From an uncultured beta proteobacterium (GTDB lineage Bacteria > Pseudomonadota > Gammaproteobacteria > Burkholderiales > Casimicrobiaceae), in the NCBI GenBank assembly GCA_963786625.1, contig CAWAZS010000002.1, positions 12,201-76,200 of the forward strand: a stretch of DNA of 64,000 nt, given 5' to 3'. Shown piece after piece: positions 54,578 to 62,753 of the stretch (the first letter of the stretch is position 1; each line of letters opens with the position of its first letter). The notes under the pieces are model-generated. The model made no database searches and was not told the origin of the DNA. It saw only the letters and a program-made list of their open reading frames with translations. The position numbers and the translations under genes were made by a program.

Positions 54578-57256
54578 TTAGAAGACGGGCCTCTCGCGGT
54601 ACGTACCCCACAGTTCCCTCAGGCGTTCGACGATGTCGCCCATCGATGCACCGGCCGCGACCAGCTCGATCGTCACCGGCAGGATATTCTCGCGCTCGTC
54701 CGCGGCCACGGCAGCGAGCCGGTCGAGCAGCGCACGCACTTTCGCGTCGTCGCGCTCGCGGCGCACGCGGTGCAGACGCGCAATCTGCCGTTCCGCGGTG
54801 GTCGGATCGTAGGGGTGGATCTCGACGTCGAGCTGTTCGTCCGGCTCGACGTACCGGTTGACGCCGATCACCGGCTTCTCGCCGCTCGCCTTCCGCTTGG
54901 CAGTCTCGTAGGCGAAGTCCGCTATCCGCTGCTGGAACCAGCCGTCCTCGATCAGCTTGACGGTTCCGCCGCGGCGCTCGACCTCGTCCATTATCCGGAA
55001 GATGTCGCGCTCGAAGCGGGTCGTGAGGCTCTCGACGAGATACGAGCCGCCGAGCGGATCGGCGACGCCGGCGACACCGCTTTCGTCGGCGATGATCTGC
55101 TGCGTGCGCAGCGCGATCTTCATCGCCTCCTCGGTCGGAATCGCAAACGCCTCGTCCATTCCGTTCGTGTGCAGGCTCTGCGCGCCGCCCAGAACCGCGG
55201 CGAGCGCCTGGAGCCCCGTGCGCACGATGTTGATCTTCGGCTGCGGCTTGGTGAGCGACGCCGCCGCGGTCTGGCAGTGGAAGCGCAGCCGCATCGACTC
55301 GGGGTTCTTCGCACCGAAGCGCTCGCGCATGATCTTCGCGTAGACGCGCCGCACCGCGCGGAACTTCGCGATCTCCTCGAAGAAGTCGGCCTGGCAGACG
55401 TAGTAGAACGCGAGCCGCGGCGCGAACTCGTCGACCTGCATCCCCGTCTTCGTCACCTCGTCGACGTAGGTGACGAGGTTGCACATCGTGAACGCGGCCT
55501 CGTCCAGCGGCGATGCGCCCGCCTCGGAGATGTGATAGCCCGAGATGTTGATCGGGTTGTACCGCTTCATGTTCCGCGCGCAGTAGGTGATGCAGTCGCG
55601 GACGATGCGCACCGACGGGGCGATCGGAAAGATCCACTCCTTCTGCGCCTGGTACTCCTTCAGGATGTCCGCCTGGATCGTGCCCGAGAGCCGGTCGAGG
55701 TCGTAGCCGCGCTTGCGCGCCAGCGCGACGTACATCGCGAGCAGGATCCATGCGGTGGGATTGATCGTCATCGACACCGAGATGCGCTCGAGGTCGATGC
55801 CGTCGAACAGATGCTCGACGTCGGCGAGGGTGTCGATCGCCACGCCTTCGCGACCCACTTCGCCTTCGCAGAGCGGGTGGTCGCTGTCGTAGCCCATCAG
55901 CGTCGGCATGTCGAAGTCGGTCGACAGCCCCGTCTGGCCCTGGGCGATCAGGTACTTGAAGCGCCCGTTGGTGTCCTCGGCGGTGCCGAAGCCCGCGATC
56001 TGCCGCATCGTCCACAGCCGCCCGCGATACATCGTCGGGTAAGGACCGCGGGTGTACGGATACTGGCCGGGCAGGCCGATGTCCGAGTACGGCGTGTCGC
56101 CGACATCGAGCGGCGTGTAGACGCGCTTCAGCGGCAGACCGCCCAGCGTGCGGAATTCCGGCAGCCGCTCCGGCTGGCGCGCAAGGAAGGATGCGACCTC
56201 GTTGCGCTCCCAGGCCTCGAGTTGCGCCGCGAGCGCGGCCCGGGCCGCGTCCCCTGCGGCGTGGTCGTCGCTTCCGCGGTCGCTCATGCGTCCTCCCTTC
56301 GGTATGCCGGCGAGCAGGCGCTTCGCCGCCGCGTGCGGACCGATCGCGCGCGCATCGACCTCGGCGAGCAGGCGGGCGACGCGGCCGTCGCGCTGCTGCG
56401 ACAGCACGTCGCGCAGAATCTCTTCGCCGGCCATGAGGAGCCGGCGCTGGTTGATGGCGGTGCGCCGCGCGCTCATGGCGTCGCCGGCGTCGAGCGCATT
56501 GCGGTGGGCATCGATCGCCGCGCGCAGCTCGGCGACGCCCGCGCCGGAAAGCGCGCAGGTCGGCACGACCGGCACCAGCCAATCGCCGCTGCGCGCCGAC
56601 GCCGGTCCCATCGCCAGCATGGACTTGAGGTCGGTGATCGTCTTGTCGGCGTCGGGTCGGTCGGACTTCCCCACGACATGGATGTCGGCGATCTCGAGAA
56701 TCCCGGCCTTGATCGCCTGGATGTCGTCGCCGAGCCCCGGCGCGGAGACGACCACCGTCGTGTGCGCGGCGCGCACGATCTCGACCTCGTCCTGCCCCAC
56801 GCCGACCGTCTCGATGACGACGACGTCGTAGCCCGCCGCATCGAGAATGTCCACGGCGTCCAGCGTGCCGCGCGCGAGTCCGCCGAGCGCGCCGCGGGTG
56901 GCCATGCTCCGGACGTAGACGCCGGGGTCGCCGGCCACATCGCCCATACGGATGCGGTCGCCGAGAATCGCGCCGCCGGAAAACGGGGACGAAGGGTCGA
57001 TCGCGACGATGCCGATGCGGCGCTCGGTGCGCCGGATCTCCGCAGCGAGCCTTGCGACCAGCGTCGACTTGCCGCTGCCCGGCACGCCCGTGATCCCGAC
57101 GACGTGCGCGCGGCCCGCGTGCCGGAAGATCGCCTCCAGCGCCGGCCGGCACTCCTCGTCGCCGGCCTCGGCGCGGGAGAGCAGCCGCGCGATCGCGCGA
57201 ATCTCGCCGGCCAGCACGCCGGGAACGAGCTCGAGCGAGGGCACTGACGGCTTCAC
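54578..57256 (-). CDS. MeaB/ArgK-type G-protein chaperone fused in frame to an acyl-CoA mutase large (substrate-binding) subunit; HcmA-like signature
   Basis: 892-aa ORF. Residues 1-323 form a complete MeaB (GITGVPGSGKSTLV, DPSSPFSGGAILGDRIRM, VIETVGVGQ, GKSD). Residues 324-892 form a complete mutase TIM-barrel subunit (YPYTRGPYPTMYRGRLWTMRQIAGFGTAEDTN...GQTGLSTDFDMPTLMGYDSDHP...) with no B12 domain. The GTG start overlaps the ligase stop (GTGA). Confidence 0.88.
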   Translation of the reverse strand: MKPSVPSLELVPGVLAGEIRAIARLLSRAEAGDEECRPALEAIFRHAGRAHVVGITGVPGSGKSTLVARLAAEIRRTERRIGIVAIDPSSPFSGGAILGDRIRMGDVAGDPGVYVRSMATRGALGGLARGTLDAVDILDAAGYDVVVIETVGVGQDEVEIVRAAHTTVVVSAPGLGDDIQAIKAGILEIADIHVVGKSDRPDADKTITDLKSMLAMGPASARSGDWLVPVVPTCALSGAGVAELRAAIDAHRNALDAGDAMSARRTAINQRRLLMAGEEILRDVLSQQRDGRVARLLAEVDARAIGPHAAAKRLLAGIPKGGRMSDRGSDDHAAGDAARAALAAQLEAWERNEVASFLARQPERLPEFRTLGGLPLKRVYTPLDVGDTPYSDIGLPGQYPYTRGPYPTMYRGRLWTMRQIAGFGTAEDTNGRFKYLIAQGQTGLSTDFDMPTLMGYDSDHPLCEGEVGREGVAIDTLADVEHLFDGIDLERISVSMTINPTAWILLAMYVALARKRGYDLDRLSGTIQADILKEYQAQKEWIFPIAPSVRIVRDCITYCARNMKRYNPINISGYHISEAGASPLDEAAFTMCNLVTYVDEVTKTGMQVDEFAPRLAFYYVCQADFFEEIAKFRAVRRVYAKIMRERFGAKNPESMRLRFHCQTAAASLTKPQPKINIVRTGLQALAAVLGGAQSLHTNGMDEAFAIPTEEAMKIALRTQQIIADESGVAGVADPLGGSYLVESLTTRFERDIFRIMDEVERRGGTVKLIEDGWFQQRIADFAYETAKRKASGEKPVIGVNRYVEPDEQLDVEIHPYDPTTAERQIARLHRVRRERDDAKVRALLDRLAAVAADERENILPVTIELVAAGASMGDIVERLRELWGTYRERPVF
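56285..56299 (-). promoter_or_regulatory. Internal Shine-Dalgarno plus ATG at the MeaB/mutase junction
   Basis: The minus strand reads ccgAAGGGAGGAcgcATGagc. The ATG (56285-56287) is codon 324 of the fused ORF and the first residue of the mutase-like part. A TGA overlaps it in the +1 frame (ATGA). Confidence 0.6.
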
Positions 57257-58683
57257 GCGCCGTCCGCGAGCCGCGCGTTCAGTTCGCGGAACACTTCGCG
57301 GTCGTCGATGACCCGCCGCGCCTTGAAATCGGTCCGCGGGAACGTTCCGGGAGCGACGACTTCGACCCTGGCTCGCAACCCCAGCGTGCGCAGGAGCTTC
57401 CGGGCCGCCTCGTCCGCGAGGGCGCGCACCGCGGAGGGCCCCGCCGCGTGGACGGCCGGCGCCGCCTCCATGCGGACCAGCAACTCGTCCATCGCGCCGT
57501 CACGCGTGATGACGATCCGGTGCTCGCCGCCGTAGCCGGACAGCTCGTTGACTGCGGCATCGACCTCGCTCGGATAGACGTTCTCGCCGCGGATCGTGAA
57601 CATGTCGTCGATGCGGCCGAAGATGCCCTTCGGCAGCCGGGGGTACGTGCGCCCGCAGGGCGCGGGGCCGTCCTCCCATTGCGTGAGATCTCCCGAAACG
57701 AGCCGGATCATCGGCTGCGACGTGCGCTCGAGGTGCGTGTACACGGGCGTGCCGCGGCTCCCGAACGGCACGCGCCGGTAGGTCGCGGGATCGCAGACCT
57801 CGGTGTACACGACGTCCTGCCACAGCAGCATGCCGTCGGTCTCGGCGGTCCCGGCGAGGTTCATGAACGGCGTCATCTCCGCCATCGATCCGCAGTCGAT
57901 CACGCGCGCGCCGAACGCAGCGACGATCTTGTCGCGCACACCGGGCACCGAGGCGCCGGGCTCGCCGGAGAAGAACATCGTCTTCAGGCCGAAGGCCCGT
58001 GGATCGAAACCTTCGGCGCGCGCGACTTCCGCCAGATGCAGCGCGAACGACGGCGTCGAGTAGAACGCCGACGGCTTCATCAGGTCGAGCCACATCGCCG
58101 CGCGCGCGGTCATTCCCGGCGCGCCGGCCCCGAACGGAAACGCCTTGGCGCGCAGGCGCTCGACACCGGCGAGCGTGCCCCACGAGCCCATGTAGAGGCT
58201 GAAGATCGCCGCGATGAACACGGTGTCGCCCGGCCGCAGGCCCATGCCCCAGAGAATTCGCGCGTGCGCATTGGCGATCGCGTCCCAGTCGCCGCGGCCA
58301 ACCGCGAAGACCGTGGGCCGGCCCGTCGTGCCGGACGTGCCGTGTATGTGGTGGACCTCGCCGCCGGGAACGCAAAGGTAATCGCCGAACGGCGGCACCC
58401 GTGCCTGCGCCTCGCGCAAGTCACGCTTGGTGATGACCGGAACCTTCGCCTCGAAATCCTCGAGCGTGCGCAAGTGGTCGGGATGGAATCCGGCCTCGTC
58501 CCACTTCCGGCGATAGAAGGGCGCATGGTCCCATGCATAGCGCGCGAGCACCTGCAGCCGCTCGAGAATCGCGCGCTCGCGGCTCGCCGGCGGCATCGTC
58601 TCGCGCCGCGGGTACCAGTGGCGCGACGTTGCGGGCGGCAGGTAGTCGGCGTCGAAACGCGGCGGAAAGGTCCACGATTCCAT
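57253..58683 (-). CDS. PaaK-type AMP-forming acyl-CoA ligase (phenylacetate-CoA ligase / 2-hydroxyisobutyrate-CoA ligase family)
   Basis: Intact 476 aa: ...VHHIHGTSGTTGRPTVF (AMP-binding P-loop-like motif), FFSGEPG, MFTIRGENVYPSEVD, typical of the short PaaK/F390-synthetase branch. A GGAGG SD is present. Confidence 0.85.
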   Translation of the reverse strand: MESWTFPPRFDADYLPPATSRHWYPRRETMPPASRERAILERLQVLARYAWDHAPFYRRKWDEAGFHPDHLRTLEDFEAKVPVITKRDLREAQARVPPFGDYLCVPGGEVHHIHGTSGTTGRPTVFAVGRGDWDAIANAHARILWGMGLRPGDTVFIAAIFSLYMGSWGTLAGVERLRAKAFPFGAGAPGMTARAAMWLDLMKPSAFYSTPSFALHLAEVARAEGFDPRAFGLKTMFFSGEPGASVPGVRDKIVAAFGARVIDCGSMAEMTPFMNLAGTAETDGMLLWQDVVYTEVCDPATYRRVPFGSRGTPVYTHLERTSQPMIRLVSGDLTQWEDGPAPCGRTYPRLPKGIFGRIDDMFTIRGENVYPSEVDAAVNELSGYGGEHRIVITRDGAMDELLVRMEAAPAVHAAGPSAVRALADEAARKLLRTLGLRARVEVVAPGTFPRTDFKARRVIDDREVFRELNARLADGA

Positions 58684-58696
58684 GCAGCCGCCTCCG

Positions 58697-59113
58697 TCAC
58701 CGCGGTCCGCGCTCGGCGACGACGCGGCGGACGGCGGTGACGATCGCCTCGGGGGGCGCGTCCTGCAGGATCAGCGCCTTGACGCCCAGCGCCGTCAGCG
58801 TCGACACGTCGTCGTCCGGGATCACGCCGCCGCCGACGACGAGGATATCGTCGGCACCGCGCTCGGCAAGCAGCTTCAGCACGCGCGGAAACACCGTCAT
58901 GTGCGCGCCGGAGAGGATGCTGATCCCGATCACGTCGACGTCCTCCTGGATCGCGGCGTCGACGACCTCCTGCGGCGTGCGATGCAGCCCGGTGTAGATG
59001 ACGTCCATGCCGGCGTCGCGCAGCGTCCGCGCGACGATCTTGACGCCGCGGTCGTGACCATCCAGCCCGACCTTGGCCACCAATATGCGGATGTGATCGT
59101 GTGCGGGGCTCAC
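58697..59113 (-). CDS. Cobalamin (B12)-binding small subunit of acyl-CoA mutase
   Basis: (V)SPAHDHIRILVAKVGLDGHDRGVKIVARTLRDAGMDVIYTGLHRTPQEVVDAAIQEDVDVIGISILSGAH carries DxHxxG and SxL motifs. GTG 59113 is preceded by GGAAAGGAAGGA. It is 138 aa, and ORF 58697..59302 extends upstream without similarity. Confidence 0.88.
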   Translation of the reverse strand: MSPAHDHIRILVAKVGLDGHDRGVKIVARTLRDAGMDVIYTGLHRTPQEVVDAAIQEDVDVIGISILSGAHMTVFPRVLKLLAERGADDILVVGGGVIPDDDVSTLTALGVKALILQDAPPEAIVTAVRRVVAERGPR

Positions 59114-59313
59114 GCCGTCCTTCCTTTCCGATGCCGGGGATTCCCCTCGCAGAATCCCGGGATGGCGGATCTGCCGGTTCCGATGATAGCGCCTGGACCG
59201 GCCCCCCGCGGGCCCCGGCGGGCCAGCGAATCCGGCGGTGGCCCTGCCCGTGCGAATCCGAATGACCTCGCGAAGGCGTCTAAGATGCGATTGTTCCCGC
59301 ATCCGGAGGCCCC

Positions 59314-60105
59314 ATGCCGCGCGTCGTCCCGGTCCTGTTGATCCTGCTGGCGGTCGCGCTCGCCGCCGGCCTCGCCTGGGTCTTTCTCGTCTGGTCGTTC
59401 CCCGGCGCCCGCGGCGAAGTCGCGACGGAGCAGCGCGCGCTCGCGCCCTTCACGCGCATCGCCATCGAAGGCCTCGTCGATGCGACGCTGGTCCAGGGCG
59501 CCACCGAATCGGTGACCGTCGAGGCCCCGTCGAGGCAGCTGCCGCGCGTGCGCACCGAGGTGGTCGACGGGACCCTCGCGATCGGCGGCGGCGCGTCGCG
59601 GCGCTGGTGGTCCGAGCTCCTCGGCGGCAGCGCGCGCCCCGCCCGCGTGACGATCACCTATCGCGAGCTCGACGGAATCAGCGCCGCGGGCGCCGTCAAA
59701 GTCCAGGCCGGGCGCCTCAAGACCGATCGGCTTCGGGTGTCCGCCTCCGGAGCGACATCGCTGAAGATCGCCGACCTCGACACGAAGCTGCTTTCGCTCA
59801 CCGGCTCGGGCGCGATGAAGGCGGAGGTCGCGGGCCGGGCCACCGAACAGCGGGTGGCGATCTCCGGGGCCGGCGATTACCGCGCGGCGGATCTCGTCAG
59901 CGAAGATGCCCGCGTGGCGGTCAGCGGCGCCGGAAACGTCGTCGTCCGCGTGGAGAAGACCTTGAGAGTCGGCATCACCGGCGCCGGAAGCGTCGAGTAC
60001 CTCGGCGACCCGACGGTCACGCAGCAGATCAGCGGCGCCGGGCGCGTCAGGCGTCGCGAGGCCGCGGCCGAAAGGCTGGAGATCGCGTCGCTGTTCGCGG
60101 GGTAG
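59314..60105 (+). CDS. DUF2807-domain (putative adhesin head, GIN-type) membrane-anchored protein
   Basis: It has an N-terminal TM (VVPVLLILLAVALAAGLAWVFLV) and repeated beta-solenoid-like units (SASGATSLKI, LTGSGAMKAEV, ISGAGDYRA, VSGAGNVVV, ITGAGSVEY, ISGAGRV). Confidence 0.65.
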   Translation: MPRVVPVLLILLAVALAAGLAWVFLVWSFPGARGEVATEQRALAPFTRIAIEGLVDATLVQGATESVTVEAPSRQLPRVRTEVVDGTLAIGGGASRRWWSELLGGSARPARVTITYRELDGISAAGAVKVQAGRLKTDRLRVSASGATSLKIADLDTKLLSLTGSGAMKAEVAGRATEQRVAISGAGDYRAADLVSEDARVAVSGAGNVVVRVEKTLRVGITGAGSVEYLGDPTVTQQISGAGRVRRREAAAERLEIASLFAG

Positions 60106-60129
60106 CCACCGTTCCTCCCCGACCGCCGC

Positions 60130-60513
60130 CTAGGGCGAAGGGTGTCCGTCCCGGTCCGCCTCCCCGCCCTCCGGGCCATAGAAGAAGACCCAGACGAGGA
60201 CGTCGTCGCTGAAGTCCTCGAAGCGGTGCACGGCACCGGCCCTGACGAACAGCACGTCGTTCGCCGCGAACGGATGGCGATGTCCATCGTTGACGAACCA
60301 GCCGCTGCCGCGTGCGACGACGTACGCCTCGTCGCGCGTGTGCGGCTGCTGAAGGTCGCTGCCGCGCGGGGCATAGAGCTTGACCTGCAGCGTTCCGTGC
60401 TCGAACACCGCCGCCGAGCGCTTGCCCTCCGGCGTGGGCAGCATCGCCGCGGCCTCCGCGAGCGTGATCCGCCCGCGTTCGGCGGATGCGTGGTTTGCCG
60501 TGAGTTTGCGCAT
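60130..60513 (-). CDS. Cupin-domain protein
   Basis: 127 aa from the in-frame ATG 60513 of ORF 60130..61425. It carries HTRDEAYVVARGSGWFVNDGHRHPFAANDVLFVRAGAVHRFE (cupin_2 motifs). The ATG overlaps the upstream stop (ATGA). Confidence 0.7.
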   Translation of the reverse strand: MRKLTANHASAERGRITLAEAAAMLPTPEGKRSAAVFEHGTLQVKLYAPRGSDLQQPHTRDEAYVVARGSGWFVNDGHRHPFAANDVLFVRAGAVHRFEDFSDDVLVWVFFYGPEGGEADRDGHPSP

Positions 60514-61688
60514 CAGTGCAGGACGACCGCTGTGGCGTCGGGGATCGTATCGGGCTTGAACAGCAGCGGCAACCCCGTTCCCGGGGCGCGGTCCGCGTGT
60601 ACGCCTCCCAGCACGCGGATGTCCGTCACCCGGCAATCGCGCAGCAGCTCGACGAGCATCGCCGCCACGTCGCCCGCCCGGTCGAGCGGGTAGAGCGGGC
60701 AGCGGAAACCTTCGGCGGCGCGCGGATCGAGCGGCGACGACAGCGAGAGCCGCAACTCGCCGCCGCCCGGCGCTTCGGACGCCCGATGCGCGCTGATGAC
60801 CGCCGTGGGCTCGCCGACACTGCCGCGGAACTTGCGGATCGCGTTGCTGGCGAAGATCTGCGCGGACACCTCGCGCTGCGCGGCCAGGCCCTGGGCAACG
60901 GCAGGAAGCAGCCGCTGCGGCGCGCGTGGCAGCGCGAGTGCGGAAACCGGCCCGGCGGCGAGCTGCCGCGCCAGTTCGCGCGTGAACGGCGCACCCCATT
61001 TGCCGACTCCCGTCTCGGCGAGCAGGTCCGCGCCGGGCTTCGCGATCGCTGTGCCGACGAGGAAGCGAAGGTGCACGGTCTCGCGCGCCGCATGCACGGC
61101 GATGGGCACCGGGGCAAGGGATTGGGCGGGTAGCGATGCTCCCGGCGCGAGGGAGTCCGGCAGCCTTGTCCACTCCCGGATTTCCGGCAGGCGTGCGACA
61201 TCGATCGCCTCGATGCCGACGAGGGCATTCGCGAGCGCAATCGTCCGGTTGCCCGCGAGGGCTCCGCCTTCGACGAGTATCGTCGCAAGCCTTCGGGGAT
61301 CGTCGAGGCACCCGGACAGCGTGGCGTCGCCCTCCGCGATCTCGAGGCCGGTGACCACGACGAGCGGCAGCGCGAACAAGGTGACCGCGAGGCCGGCGCC
61401 TTCGGCCGCCTCCGCCTCCCGCCACGCGGCATCGAGCATGCGCCAGAGATGCCGCGCAATCGCAACCGACGGCGCACCGGACAAGTCCGCGGCAAGCGAG
61501 GGGCCGTCCCCGGCAAGTCGCGCGGCGAGCAACCGGCGCAGATCCCGGTCGATCGCGTCGGAACGTTGCCCGGTCTCCGCCACGAGGCTCGCGTCGGCCA
61601 TGGCGTACAGCTGGCGTGCCCCGACCGGCGCAGCTGCCACGTCCGGGAACGTGCGGGGGTCGGCGACCGGGTGTGCGGTTTCAGGCAT
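60513..61688 (-). CDS. Hypothetical protein, 391 aa (function unknown)
   Basis: The in-frame ATG at 61688 in ORF 60513..62117 starts MPETAHPVADPRTFPDV.... It is soluble and Ala/Leu-rich, with no motif I can name, and might be a betaproteobacterial DUF. It is translationally coupled to the cupin gene. Confidence 0.5.
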   Translation of the reverse strand: MPETAHPVADPRTFPDVAAAPVGARQLYAMADASLVAETGQRSDAIDRDLRRLLAARLAGDGPSLAADLSGAPSVAIARHLWRMLDAAWREAEAAEGAGLAVTLFALPLVVVTGLEIAEGDATLSGCLDDPRRLATILVEGGALAGNRTIALANALVGIEAIDVARLPEIREWTRLPDSLAPGASLPAQSLAPVPIAVHAARETVHLRFLVGTAIAKPGADLLAETGVGKWGAPFTRELARQLAAGPVSALALPRAPQRLLPAVAQGLAAQREVSAQIFASNAIRKFRGSVGEPTAVISAHRASEAPGGGELRLSLSSPLDPRAAEGFRCPLYPLDRAGDVAAMLVELLRDCRVTDIRVLGGVHADRAPGTGLPLLFKPDTIPDATAVVLH

Positions 61689-61845
61689 CGCAGATCGTTC
61701 GGGCAACGGGGGTGGGCTCGCCGGCGGCGACCGCTGCTCCCCTAACGGGCCGTTGTCGCCCGGGCAATTCTCGCACGCGGGCCGAGGGTTCCCGTCGCGG
61801 CGATCCGGAGCGAACACGCCGCCGACGCCGGAATCCGTCCGGGGC

Positions 61846-62577
61846 CTAGAGGCAGAACGGCCCGTGGGCCAGCGAGCCCGTGGCGAAGAGCGCGCGCCAG
61901 AGCCCCACGACGGCAAATCCGGCGATGAGCACGGCCGCGGCCAGACGGACGGCCTTGGCGTCGAGCCAACGGCCGGCACGGGAGACCAGCCAGCCGGTCG
62001 CCAGCAGATTGGGCAACGTACCGACACCGAACGCGAGCATGACCGCCGCGCCCTGCCAAGCCCCACCCGCAAATACGGCGATGGGCAACACGCTGTAAGT
62101 GAGCGCACACGGCACAAGCCCCCAGATCATGCCCAGCGCAAAGCGTGCCGCGGTCGAATCGGCCTGGAGCAACGGGCGCACGGCGGGAAGCGCCTTGGCG
62201 AACAAAGCGTTGCCCGCGCCTTGCAGCCAGGCCAGCCCGGCGCGCTTCCAGGCGATTGCAGCGGCCAGCCCGAGCAGGAACAGGTTGGCAACCACGAAAA
62301 CGGTGCGCTGCAGCGGCAGCCAGTCCGCCGCCGCAAGCAGGGTGCCGCCAGCACCGCCCGCGGCCGCCCCGAGCAGCGCGTAGGTCGTGATCCGCCCGGC
62401 GTTGTACGAAAGCTGGCGCCAGGCGAGCGTGCTTGCCGGGAGCAGCGGCGCCGCCGGCGCCCCGGCCGAATTCGCCCCGCCTGCCATCGCTGTCACGAAA
62501 CCCCCGCACATCGCGAGGCAATGCGCGCCGCCGAGGATTCCGGCGAGCAGCGCGCCGATCAATGCGGACAGGGCCAC
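61846..62577 (-). CDS. DsbD_2 / TauE-SafE-like membrane protein with GGxHCxxMCGG motif
   Basis: (V)ALSALIGALLAGILGGAHCLAMCGGFVTAM... It has about 6 TM segments and 243 aa. Members of this family often accompany cbb3-oxidase maturation and fnr loci. Confidence 0.7.
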   Translation of the reverse strand: MALSALIGALLAGILGGAHCLAMCGGFVTAMAGGANSAGAPAAPLLPASTLAWRQLSYNAGRITTYALLGAAAGGAGGTLLAAADWLPLQRTVFVVANLFLLGLAAAIAWKRAGLAWLQGAGNALFAKALPAVRPLLQADSTAARFALGMIWGLVPCALTYSVLPIAVFAGGAWQGAAVMLAFGVGTLPNLLATGWLVSRAGRWLDAKAVRLAAAVLIAGFAVVGLWRALFATGSLAHGPFCL

Positions 62578-62712
62578 GGTCGTTGACCTGCGACAACATG
62601 TCGCGCATGCGTCGAATCGCCGGCGAGCGCCCGGCGCCTCGCGATCGCGCCGCGCCCGGCGCCCACGCGGAGTCCTGTTCTTTTCGCGGTTTTCCCGTTA
62701 AAGTGACGAAGT

Positions 62713-62726
62713 TTGTCGCAGGTCAA
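62713..62726. promoter_or_regulatory. FNR/CRP-type box TTGTC-GCAG-GTCAA
   Basis: This is a 14-nt near-palindrome matching TTGAT-N4-ATCAA in the TTG...CAA core. It lies in the divergent spacer, 28 nt upstream of the fnr ATG and 136 nt upstream of the DsbD_2-like gene. Confidence 0.5.
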
Positions 62727-62753
62727 CGACAGTTTCCCAGGACCACCCCCGCC

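Noticed and set aside
59114-59313. Possible cobalamin riboswitch upstream of the B12-binding subunit gene.
   Set aside because: I could not find the conserved B12-box or the characteristic GGTGC/GCCACTG-type core on the minus strand. Only a generic imperfect GC hairpin is present. An Infernal scan would be needed to be certain.
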